Shown one piece after another: positions 55,650 to 64,000 of a DNA stretch of 64,000 nucleotides. The translations under genes and the position numbers were made by a program. How positions within the stretch are numbered: position 1 is the stretch's first letter; every line of letters begins with the position of its first letter. The notes below the pieces were generated by a model. That model worked only from the letters and a program-made list of their open reading frames with translations, was not told the DNA's origin and made no database searches. The stretch comes from Kofleriaceae bacterium (GTDB lineage Bacteria; Myxococcota_A; Polyangia; Haliangiales; Haliangiaceae). The stretch is taken from NCBI GenBank assembly GCA_965215005.1, contig CBDCCZ010000012.1, forward strand, positions 128,001 through 192,000. Direction: 5' to 3'.

Positions 55650-55922
55650 CTACGAAGCGCGCCGCGCGCTGTAGTACTGAAGCACGTCGCGCACCGCATC
55701 ATCGAGCTCGAGCGCAGCGGTATCGAAGCCAGCCAGCGCGTGTGCCAGGGTTGCGATGCGCTCGTGATCGGTAGCCCGCTTATCGATGATGACGCGATAC
55801 GTTCCTCGTACCCGGCACAGCCCGCCGTGGCCGACGGTGGCGAGCAGCGGCTCATACGTCACCTTGATAGCCAGGGCGTCGGCAGCAGATTCGAGCGCAG
55901 CCAGTAGTGCTTTGGGCTTCAT
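55650..55922 (-). CDS. Small hypothetical protein
   Basis: GGLCRVRG...IIDK...RIATLAHAL, 90 aa. Confidence 0.7.
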   Translation of the reverse strand: MKPKALLAALESAADALAIKVTYEPLLATVGHGGLCRVRGTYRVIIDKRATDHERIATLAHALAGFDTAALELDDAVRDVLQYYSARRAS

Positions 55923-56132
55923 CGGATTCTCGGCGGAGAAGCGGAGCGAGCTGCACTGTAGCAATGCCCTCGCCATTCAGCCACTAGCAGCTCCCGTTCA
56001 GAGCAGGGATTTGACGGCAAATCGCCCATCATCGAGAGTTACCGGGATCGCGCCGTCGTCGCATGCAGCCAACAGAGCCCGACGTTCACGCCGCCCGCCA
56101 TAACCTACAAGTTCATCCTACAGTTTAGAACG

Positions 56133-57665
56133 ATGCAGCTCGCAACCCTCGCAAAGGCCTCCAGTGCGGTGGCGGCCACGCGCTCACGCAAACAGAAGAT
56201 CGCGCTCCTGGCCGAGGTGCTCGGTCAGCTCGAAGCAAGCGAGATGCGCATCGCTAGCGCGTATCTCGCGGGTGAGTTGCCGCAGGGCAAGATCGGCCTC
56301 GGCGCTGCCCTGGTGCAGGCGGCCGCGGGTTCGCCAGCGCTCGAGCCAAGCCTCGACCTGCGAAGCGTGAGCGATGCCTTCGACCGCATCGCCGCTGCTC
56401 GCGGCCCCGGTTCCGCGGGTGCCAAGCGCGAGCAGCTCACCGCGCTATTTGCACGCGCCACGGCGCAAGAGCAGACGCTGCTCGCAAACCTCATTCTCGG
56501 CAATCTCCGCCAAGGCGCGCTCGAAGCAATCGTCATAGAAGCAATTGCCGCGGCCGGTGCTCTCGAACCGTCGATCGTGCGGCGAGCGTGCATGCTCGCG
56601 GGCGGGCTGCCGCAGATCGCACAGGCGGCCCTCACCGGCGGCGCCGCAGCTCTTGCCGCGTTCGACCTCCAGCTCATGCGTCCCGTACAGCCCATGCTCG
56701 CCCAGCCCGCAGACGATCTCGCCGACGCGATGCAGCAGCTCGGCAGCGCCGCCCTCGAGTACAAGCTCGACGGCGCACGCATCCAAGTGCATCGCGCGGG
56801 CGGCGAGGTGCGGGTGTTCAGCCGTGCTCTCAACGACGTCACCGCGGCGGTCCCGGAGGTGGTGGCGGCGGTGTTGGCGTTGCCCGAGGACCAGCTCATC
56901 CTCGACGGCGAGGTATTGGCACTGCGCGACAACGGCCGGCCGCAGCCCTTCCAGGTCACCATGCGCCGATTTGGCCGCCGCGGAGGAGATGCGCTGCGAG
57001 CGGCGCTGCCATTGGCGCCGCACTTCTTCGATTGCCTCTACGCGAATGGCGCATCGCTGCTCGATCAGTCGATGGAAGCGCGCATGGCGTTCCTCGAGGA
57101 TCTCGTACCCCCGTCGATGCGGGTTCCGCGAATCGTCACGGCCGATGCAGAACGCGGACAAACGTTCTGGCGGCAAGCGCTCGCCGCCGGTCACGAGGGT
57201 CTGATGGTCAAATCGCTCACCGCGCCCTATGAAGCCGGTGCGCGCGGCTCCAACTGGCTCAAAATCAAGCCTGCACACACCCTCGATCTCGTCGTTTTGG
57301 CCGCGGAATGGGGGTCTGGGCGACGTCGCGGCTGGCTTTCCAATCTGCACCTCGGGGCCCGTGATGCAGATAGCGACTCGTTCGTGATGCTTGGCAAAAC
57401 CTTCAAAGGGATGACAGATGCGCTGCTGCAATGGCAGACCGAGCGCCTGCTAGAGCTCGAGGTTGGTCGCGAGCCCAACGTCGTTCATGTCGAGCCGTCG
57501 CTCGTGGTCGAAGTTGCGTTCAGTGATGTGCAGACGAGTCCTCGCTACGTCGGTGGCTTGGCGCTGCGGTTCGCTAGGGTGAAACACTATCGGCCCGACA
57601 AGCGGCCCGTGGATGCGGACACCATCGAGACCGTGCGTGAGCTTCAACGGCGCAGCCTCGCCTGA
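56133..57665 (+). CDS. ATP-dependent DNA ligase (LigB type)
   Basis: PMLAQ, EYKLDGARIQVH, ILDGE, EGLMVK, WLKIK, LDLVV, ALRFAR. Confidence 0.96.
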   Translation: MQLATLAKASSAVAATRSRKQKIALLAEVLGQLEASEMRIASAYLAGELPQGKIGLGAALVQAAAGSPALEPSLDLRSVSDAFDRIAAARGPGSAGAKREQLTALFARATAQEQTLLANLILGNLRQGALEAIVIEAIAAAGALEPSIVRRACMLAGGLPQIAQAALTGGAAALAAFDLQLMRPVQPMLAQPADDLADAMQQLGSAALEYKLDGARIQVHRAGGEVRVFSRALNDVTAAVPEVVAAVLALPEDQLILDGEVLALRDNGRPQPFQVTMRRFGRRGGDALRAALPLAPHFFDCLYANGASLLDQSMEARMAFLEDLVPPSMRVPRIVTADAERGQTFWRQALAAGHEGLMVKSLTAPYEAGARGSNWLKIKPAHTLDLVVLAAEWGSGRRRGWLSNLHLGARDADSDSFVMLGKTFKGMTDALLQWQTERLLELEVGREPNVVHVEPSLVVEVAFSDVQTSPRYVGGLALRFARVKHYRPDKRPVDADTIETVRELQRRSLA

Positions 57666-57729
57666 GCTCCGGATGCAAACTGCGACAGACGGGCTCTGTG
57701 AACGCCACAAAGCCCGTCTGCTCAGCGGA

Positions 57730-57984
57730 TCAATCGTGGCCGAGAGTCTTGACGATCTTGTTGTAGATGCCGAGAGACAAGAACGTGGGAGCCCAGTGCC
57801 CGATGAAGTTGGCGAGTTGTTTGCGGTTGGTGAACTCGCAAACCAGCGAGCCAATGATCGAGCCACCGGCAAGCCACAGATATACGTCCGAGGGCAGCGC
57901 TGCAGTCCGCTCCTCGATGGCGGAGGCAACGAAGCCTTCTTTCATATTGCGGGGTTTGGTTCGAAGATCGCGTACGAAGCCCAT
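57730..57984 (-). CDS. Small membrane hypothetical protein
   Basis: AAGGA SD, IEERTAALPSDVYLW...FIGHWAPTFL.LGIYNKIVKTLGHD. Confidence 0.75.
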   Translation of the reverse strand: MGFVRDLRTKPRNMKEGFVASAIEERTAALPSDVYLWLAGGSIIGSLVCEFTNRKQLANFIGHWAPTFLSLGIYNKIVKTLGHD

Positions 57985-58019
57985 GCTAGTTCCTTTCGTG
58001 GTTGGGAGCTGCTTGCCAG

Positions 58020-58035
58020 TGCAACCGTCATTCCA
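58020..58035 (-). promoter_or_regulatory. sigma54 promoter
   Basis: TGGAATGACGGTTGCA on the minus strand (GG-N10-GC), 35 nt upstream of ATG 57984. Confidence 0.65.
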
Positions 58036-58162
58036 GTGGTCTGCGCAGCGCTTCAAGACGCCGCCGAGGCGAATGCAACGCACTGAGTCACCCTTGTCGC
58101 GGCAGTGCTGGACGCGATCAGTAAACGACTCCCGAAGCACCTCCAAACGTGTCGCATGAGAA

Positions 58163-59326
58163 TCAGGATTTCTTCTGCATTGGGCATCTCGCGGCGACCA
58201 GCTCGAGGATTACCCGGCCGAAGTGCTCCTCGAGCTCGCTGTCGAAGTCATTCTCGCCGAGCGTCGCGAGCGCGCCGAGAAATCGCGGCCAGCTCGAATC
58301 GCACGCCTCAAAGAGCGTCGCGAGCTCCTCGAAGCCGGCGTTATACACCTTGTAGACCAGGAGCGAGGCGTTGTTGGGCTCACTCACCAAGTCGAGCTCC
58401 CGGCGCAGCGCGGCCAAGATGCTGCGCTTACGCGCAAGCTTTGCCTCATCCGTCGTCGAGCTGGCGTAGACGGCGGCGAGCTCGGTGTACGCCGCCGTCA
58501 GGCGGGCGCCGCGGCTGCGATCGCCAGCGAGATCCTCCTGATACTGCAACAGCTCCGGAGACTGCGCGCCAAACCGAGCAGCCAGATAATCGGCCGCCAT
58601 ACCGTCGCCCACGAAGCTCGCGATGCTCTCGTTGAAGTAGGTCTGGCTGGGGATGAAGATGGTCGCGTGCACGAGCTCATGAATGAGAATGTTGGCGAGC
58701 GATGCAAACGCATCGTCCTCGGGCGAGAACATCGAGCTCAGCACAGGGTCAGGAAACCAACCGCCGGTGGAGTAGGCACTCACGCCGCGGATGTAAACGT
58801 CGTAGCCGCGTCCGCGCATGCGCCGATAGAACGCCAGTGCATCTTCCCGTTCGAAGTAGCTGAGATTGGGAAAGGCGCCAACGATGGGGAACGTAAACGT
58901 CACCGGCTCGAGCGCCAACGGCTCCGCAGCACTCACGAACCAAACCACCGCGTCATCATCGAGCTCGACGAACCTGGTGTAGCGGTTGGCGACTGAGAGG
59001 CCCTGCTCCCTTGCGTACTCTTTGATGAGAAGCGACTCCGAGAGCAGCATTGCGGTGCGCTCATCGACGTTGGGATCGTCGATGACGCGATCGATGGGAC
59101 GAGCGCGCTGCAAGAGCTGGAGCTGGCCATGCGCCGCCTGACCGAGATAGCGCGGGTCGACGCATCCCGTGACCACGACGACCAGCGCGAGCAGAGCCGC
59201 TAGCAGCCCACCGATCAATGGTGGAGACGCCGAAGGCGGCGCGTCACCAAACGTGCGGCGGTGTCGTCGTCGTTGACGAAAATCTGAGAGGTCGCGGCGC
59301 TCGAGTCGCGGGATTTCACGTGGCAT
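58163..59326 (-). CDS. Putative zinc aminopeptidase lipoprotein
   Basis: VTGC lipobox, YLGQAAHGQL, FPIVG, AYSTGGWFPDPVLSS, IHELVH, FNESIASFV. Start uncertain. Confidence 0.88.
   Translation of the reverse strand: MPREIPRLERRDLSDFRQRRRHRRTFGDAPPSASPPLIGGLLAALLALVVVVTGCVDPRYLGQAAHGQLQLLQRARPIDRVIDDPNVDERTAMLLSESLLIKEYAREQGLSVANRYTRFVELDDDAVVWFVSAAEPLALEPVTFTFPIVGAFPNLSYFEREDALAFYRRMRGRGYDVYIRGVSAYSTGGWFPDPVLSSMFSPEDDAFASLANILIHELVHATIFIPSQTYFNESIASFVGDGMAADYLAARFGAQSPELLQYQEDLAGDRSRGARLTAAYTELAAVYASSTTDEAKLARKRSILAALRRELDLVSEPNNASLLVYKVYNAGFEELATLFEACDSSWPRFLGALATLGENDFDSELEEHFGRVILELVAARCPMQKKS
59194..59249 (+). repeat. Partial copy of the palindromic element within the 5' end of the aminopeptidase
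   Basis: GAGCCGCTAGCA-N17-GGAGACGCCGAAGGCGGCGCGT versus GAACCGCTAGCA-N17-GGAGACGCCGAAGGAGGCACGT in copy 2. Confidence 0.55.
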
Positions 59327-59373
59327 TGCAAAGAACCGCCCGGTCAAGCTGCTGAATTCGCAGCACTTCGGGG

Positions 59374-59389
59374 TGGCATCTGTCCTGCT
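59374..59389 (+). promoter_or_regulatory. sigma54 promoter
   Basis: TGGCATCTGTCCTGCT (GG-N10-GC) upstream of AGGAG SD and ATG 59428. Confidence 0.65.
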
Positions 59390-59427
59390 AAGGGTGGTGA
59401 TGGATTTTGCTTCAGGAGAAATCAACG

Positions 59428-61527
59428 ATGCCCCTTCGACTCGCTTATTCAACCCCACAGTCGTCCATCGCCTCCGCGCGATCCAGGAGTCGGCTCACCA
59501 ATATGGCCTTGGCCGGCGCCGCACTCGGCGCTCTGCTCGCCGGTTGCAATGACAACGAGCCCCGCGACGTCACCACTCGCCCCTCGCTCGTGCAGTATCG
59601 CAGCTGCGATGCGCTCGAGCGTGATCTCAAGGAGATGCTTCTCGCAGAGGTCGACACCTACGCCGACCAAGCCATTCGCGGCGGTGGCCCGGTGGTCGCC
59701 GAGGATGCCGCTGGCGATCCTGGTGCTCCCAGTAGCGACGGCGGTGACCGGCAGCAAGACCAAGACTACTCGGGTACCAACAATCAAGAGGCCGGTGTCG
59801 ACGAGGCCGACTTCGTAAAGACCGACGGCGCCCACGTATATCTGCTCAACGGCCATCGGCTGCACATCTTCGACGTTCCCACCTTCGGCACGTTGAGTCC
59901 TGCCTCGGTCGTCGAGCTCGAAGGCTCCCCGCGCGAGCTGCTCCTGCACGCCGCTACCCACCGGCTGGTGGTGTTTAGCGATGTCTGGCCCGACGCGCTT
60001 CCACCGCAGCATCCGCTGCGCTCGGCAATCGCCCGCGATGATGCGAGCCAACCGAGCTTCCGCTCCGAAAACCTCGGCAAAGTCACCGTCTACGATGTTG
60101 CAGAGGCCACCGCGCCACGTCTGGTGCGCGAGCTGTATGTCGAGGGCACCTACCTGACGGCGCGCGCGATCGACAGCTCGATCCGCGTCGCGAGCTACAC
60201 CACGATGAACGTGCCGGGTCTCTACGACTGGTGGTGGTACTACCAAGACAGCGACTACGACGCCGATCAAACTCGTGCTCGTGCTCGCGCCGCGGTGCGA
60301 GCTGCCTCTCTCGATGACCTGCTGCCGCACGTCTACGAGCGCAGCGGCAATGGCGCTCTCACCACCCGACGATTCGATGCGGCCGCGTGCAGTGCCTTTC
60401 AACGCCCCGCCAACTCCAGCGGGCGTGGCTTCACCTCGCTATTGTCCCTCGACGCAGCCGATGACGACAGCTTCTCGGATCAACACGTGGTGAGCAACTG
60501 GCCGACCCTCTACGCCTCGAGCGACTATCTCTACATCGCCGAGCCTGCCAACGATTGGTGGTGGTACTGGGAGAATGAGAACGAGCTCGAGCAGCTCAAT
60601 CTCCACATGTTCGACATCACTCGCCCGAGCGAGACGCGTTACTTGGGGAGTGGCCGGGTCGACGGCGTGCTGCACAACTCGTTCTCGCTCGATGAAGAAG
60701 ACAGCTATCTGCGAGTTGCGACCACGGTCAACTGGTGGAATCGCTGGTGGCTCGACACTCCCCCGCCCAGCGACAATCAGCTGCACGTCCTAGAGCTCAC
60801 CGGCGAGGGCCTGGAGACGGTCGGCAAGCTCACGGGGCTCGCCAGAGGCGAGCAAATCTTCTCCGCGCGAATGGTCGGCGACCGCGGGTATCTCGTGACC
60901 TTCGAGCAAGTGGATCCGTTGTTCACCCTCGATTTGAGCGACCCGCGCAACCCGCGGATGGTGGGCGAGCTCAAGATTCCTGGGTTCTCGACCTACTTGC
61001 ATCCCATCGCTGACGACAAGCTCCTCGCGATCGGCGTCGGCGGCGACGAACGCGGCGCCAACTGGCAAACGCAGGTGTCGATGTTCGACGTGAGCGACTT
61101 CGCAGCGCCGGTCCTAGCGGACGTCGAAGAGCTCGACCAGTCGGGGCAGAGCAGCTCCTCGGAGGCGCTCTACGAGCACAAGGCGTTTCAATACTGGGCG
61201 CCGCGAGGTCTGTTAGCCGTGCCGATGTCGAGCTACATCTACCGCGGCGACGAGTATCAGTACTCGAGTAGCCTCGCGCTTCTCAACGTCGACTCCCAAA
61301 GCGGCTCGCTATCTCGCTACGGCACCATCGATCACTCGCGACTCTATCCGCCACAAGCAGACTATTGGTACAATCGCGAGATTCGCCGCAGCATCTTCAT
61401 GGGCGACTTCATCTACGTCTTCAGTGACCGCGGAATTACCGTGCACGCCCTCGATGAAACCCTCAGCGAGGTCGATAGCGAGACGCTACCGGGTACTTCG
61501 TACGAGGACGGCCCGCGCGGAATTTGA
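59428..61527 (+). CDS. Secreted beta-propeller domain lipoprotein
   Basis: LAGC lipobox, SGTNNQEAGVDEADFVKTDG, LRVATT, YLVTFEQVDPLF, GELKIPGFSTYLHP. Confidence 0.92.
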   Translation: MPLRLAYSTPQSSIASARSRSRLTNMALAGAALGALLAGCNDNEPRDVTTRPSLVQYRSCDALERDLKEMLLAEVDTYADQAIRGGGPVVAEDAAGDPGAPSSDGGDRQQDQDYSGTNNQEAGVDEADFVKTDGAHVYLLNGHRLHIFDVPTFGTLSPASVVELEGSPRELLLHAATHRLVVFSDVWPDALPPQHPLRSAIARDDASQPSFRSENLGKVTVYDVAEATAPRLVRELYVEGTYLTARAIDSSIRVASYTTMNVPGLYDWWWYYQDSDYDADQTRARARAAVRAASLDDLLPHVYERSGNGALTTRRFDAAACSAFQRPANSSGRGFTSLLSLDAADDDSFSDQHVVSNWPTLYASSDYLYIAEPANDWWWYWENENELEQLNLHMFDITRPSETRYLGSGRVDGVLHNSFSLDEEDSYLRVATTVNWWNRWWLDTPPPSDNQLHVLELTGEGLETVGKLTGLARGEQIFSARMVGDRGYLVTFEQVDPLFTLDLSDPRNPRMVGELKIPGFSTYLHPIADDKLLAIGVGGDERGANWQTQVSMFDVSDFAAPVLADVEELDQSGQSSSSEALYEHKAFQYWAPRGLLAVPMSSYIYRGDEYQYSSSLALLNVDSQSGSLSRYGTIDHSRLYPPQADYWYNREIRRSIFMGDFIYVFSDRGITVHALDETLSEVDSETLPGTSYEDGPRGI

Positions 61528-61573
61528 CAGCATCGCGCCTGGCCGCGTCTGCCGCGGCCAGGCTTGCAAGCCA

Positions 61574-62806
61574 TCAACCGTACGCGCGCTGAATACGCTC
61601 AATAGCCTCATCGACGTTGGCGCGACTGTTGAACGCCGACAGCCGAAAGTATCCCTCGCCTGAAGGACCAAAACCCGAGCCAGGCGTTCCCACCACCTGC
61701 GCCTTTTCCAGAAGGTCATTGAAGAAATCCCAAGAGCTCACGTTCTTGGGAGTCTTCATCCAGATGTACGGTGCGTCCTTGCCACCAAACACGTCGAACT
61801 TTGCTGCCGCTAGTCCCGCCCGCAGCCGATCAGCGTTCTCCATGTAGAAGTCGATTTGCGCCCCGGTCTGCGCCAGGCCGTCGGCCGAATACACCGCCGC
61901 CGCACCGCGCTGCACGATGTACGACGTGCCATTGAACTTGGTCGAGTGCCGACGGTTCCACATGGCGTTCAGCGAGACCTCGGTGCCATCGGCAAGACGG
62001 CCCTTGCAGGCTTTCGGCACCACCGTGAACGCGCACCGCACGCCGGTGAAGCCGGCGCGCTTGGAGTAGCTGCGCATTTCGATCGCGCACTCTTTTGCGC
62101 CCTCGATCTCATAGATCGAACGCGGCAGTGAAGGATCGCGAATGAAGGCTTCGTAGGCAGCATCAAAGACGATGATGGCGTCCGAGCGCCGCGCCCACTC
62201 GACCCACGTCGCCAAGTACTCGCGAGTCGCGACGGTGCCAGTGGGATTGCTCGGCGAGCAGAGATAGACGACGTCTACAGGCTCAGGCGGCGGCTGCGGA
62301 GCAAAGCCATTGGCGTCGTTGGCCGGCAGATACACCAAGCCGCGATAGCGCCCCGCAGCATCGAGCTCGCCCGTGCGACCGGCCATGACGTTGGAGTCGA
62401 CGTAGACGGGATAGACCGGATCGATCACGGCGATGGTGCAGTCGCGCGCGAACAGCTCTTGGATGTTGCCGCTATCGCACTTGGAGCCGTCGGAAACGAA
62501 GACCTCCTCCGACTCCAGCGTGACCCCGCGCGCGGCGTAGTCGTGCTCGAGAATGGCATCGATGAGAAACTCGTATCCGCGCTCGGGCCCATAGCCATGA
62601 AAGCTCTCGCGGCGCCCCATTTCGTCAACGGCCTCGCGCATGGCAGCAACAATCGCGGGTGCGAGCGGCTCGGTGACGTCGCCAATGCCGAGCTTGATGA
62701 TCGAGGCCTCGGGGTGGGCACGGTGGAATGCGCCCACCCGACGGCCGATTTCAGGAAACAGATAGCCGGCGGGAAGCTTCTGGAAGTGCTCGTTGATGCG
62801 TGCCAT
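61574..62806 (-). CDS. dapL: LL-diaminopimelate aminotransferase
   Basis: [69 protein letters not shown]. Confidence 0.97.
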   Translation of the reverse strand: MARINEHFQKLPAGYLFPEIGRRVGAFHRAHPEASIIKLGIGDVTEPLAPAIVAAMREAVDEMGRRESFHGYGPERGYEFLIDAILEHDYAARGVTLESEEVFVSDGSKCDSGNIQELFARDCTIAVIDPVYPVYVDSNVMAGRTGELDAAGRYRGLVYLPANDANGFAPQPPPEPVDVVYLCSPSNPTGTVATREYLATWVEWARRSDAIIVFDAAYEAFIRDPSLPRSIYEIEGAKECAIEMRSYSKRAGFTGVRCAFTVVPKACKGRLADGTEVSLNAMWNRRHSTKFNGTSYIVQRGAAAVYSADGLAQTGAQIDFYMENADRLRAGLAAAKFDVFGGKDAPYIWMKTPKNVSSWDFFNDLLEKAQVVGTPGSGFGPSGEGYFRLSAFNSRANVDEAIERIQRAYG

Positions 62807-62827
62807 GAACGCGGACCTTAGCAGAGC

Positions 62828-63943
62828 TCAAGGCGGCGTTCCCGCGCGCGCAGCGAGCTCGCGCAGGCCGCTCGACAGCCCTACGTGTGGAAACAGCGGC
62901 CGACCCTCGGCGGTGGCTCGTACCGCGGCGATCACATCGACCACGGTCTGCACCGGCGTGGCGCCATCGAACATGAGCACGATGCGCTCGCTATCGCCCG
63001 GACGTTCGCCCGGCCAGTGCCGCGCCACCAGCTCGGCAAGACTCACGGACAGCGGCGCGAGATCGAAGCTGGGCGCGGGGGTGGCGGCCGCCAGCGACAG
63101 CCGCGGCGACTGCATGGTTCCCTCGATGCCGCTCGCCGACCAAAGGATGAGTCGCTGCCCAAGAATGGTCACCACCGGCTTGAGGAGCATGGCTCCCTCG
63201 CCCGCGGCCTCGGCGGGCTGCGCGCTGCGATGCCCCCGCGGCAGCGATACCGGCAGCGCACCGAGACCCTCGTCGCCCAACGCGATCAGCGCCAGCTCCT
63301 CGAAGCCGGTCTCGCGCGCCGTGCGCAGCACGTGCTCGAGGAGCACGAACGGTGCCGCGCGATCGATGACGATGCCCAGCGGCGGAATCGCCTCGATCTC
63401 GAGCGCGTGGCTCTTGAGCGCGGACCGCAGTGGCTCGATGACCAAGTCCTCATCGCGCCCCACTAGCAGCGCCGGCGCCACCACGCCGCGCTCGAGCGCT
63501 ACCACGCGCTGCCCCGCTAGCGCGATGCCAGCCGCATCAACGACCACCCGCGTAAGCGGCACATCAGAGGACAACGCAACCGCGGGAGCGCTCGGCAATC
63601 GCGCCGGCGGTAGCTCGCTTTCAACAACCGGTTCATCGATTAGCGGACACGCGGTGAGGCCAGCTGCATCGACGGCAGCGCGAAGGTCTCCTGCCGCACT
63701 CGGATCGCTTGCAGCGGCGCTCGCTATGAGGGCGCGGCCTTGGGGATGACGGACGTGCTCCTCGAGATACGCCGTCAATCGCTGACTTCGCTCGCGAGCG
63801 GCAAGCTCATCGAGCGCCAACACCCGCGGTGCATCGCAAAGGAGCTCGAGGGCGGCGGGCAGGCTCTGCGGCTCCTGCTTCTTGCAAGCGGCGGTTTGCG
63901 CACTCGCGAGCAGCAACGCGCACGCAACGGAGCGGTGCATCAC
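62828..63943 (-). CDS. Lipoprotein with two ExbD/TolR-like periplasmic domains
   Basis: TAAC lipobox, IVIDRAAPFVLLEHVLRTARETGF and IVLMFDGATPVQTVVDVIAAVR...LFPHV. Confidence 0.55.
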   Translation of the reverse strand: MMHRSVACALLLASAQTAACKKQEPQSLPAALELLCDAPRVLALDELAARERSQRLTAYLEEHVRHPQGRALIASAAASDPSAAGDLRAAVDAAGLTACPLIDEPVVESELPPARLPSAPAVALSSDVPLTRVVVDAAGIALAGQRVVALERGVVAPALLVGRDEDLVIEPLRSALKSHALEIEAIPPLGIVIDRAAPFVLLEHVLRTARETGFEELALIALGDEGLGALPVSLPRGHRSAQPAEAAGEGAMLLKPVVTILGQRLILWSASGIEGTMQSPRLSLAAATPAPSFDLAPLSVSLAELVARHWPGERPGDSERIVLMFDGATPVQTVVDVIAAVRATAEGRPLFPHVGLSSGLRELAARAGTPP

Positions 63944-64000
63944 TGCCCGAGCATACCCCGGCGCCGCCTTCACGCGCCGCGTCTGCGCACCTCAGCTCTC

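Overview
High-GC chromosomal segment, most likely from a myxobacterium (Myxococcota). This is inferred from the Glt-type OM beta-barrels, PEGA-domain Ser/Thr kinase, PilR-pilin-PilG-like cluster and roadblock protein. About 50 CDS: PpiC-roadblock-DUF4350-MoxR-DUF58 operon, cobS/cobT, smc, ftsY, two OM beta-barrels, TamB plus BamA/TamA, a nucleoside ABC transporter, NSS/AGCS/AtoE transporters, an SPFH protein, pilR plus three type IV pilins, a GT2/HAD/ATP-grasp/amidohydrolase cluster, a Ser/Thr kinase, a MacB-type ABC system, an ATP-dependent DNA ligase, an aminopeptidase, a beta-propeller lipoprotein and dapL. No rRNA, tRNA, CRISPR array or transposase was seen. Many genes in 1-40 kb, including smc and ftsY, are broken by single-base indels, most likely long-read errors. 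Lead finding: a dispersed CTAG-bounded palindromic repeat with covarying stem and GNRA loop, present as two clear and two weaker copies, one inserted in frame inside a HAD hydrolase. Other highlights: a 40-aa very basic ORF missed by the ORF track, a recurrent leaderless (-10, 6-8 nt, start codon) gene architecture, and four sigma54 promoter motifs. All calls come from motif recognition by eye; no searches were run.
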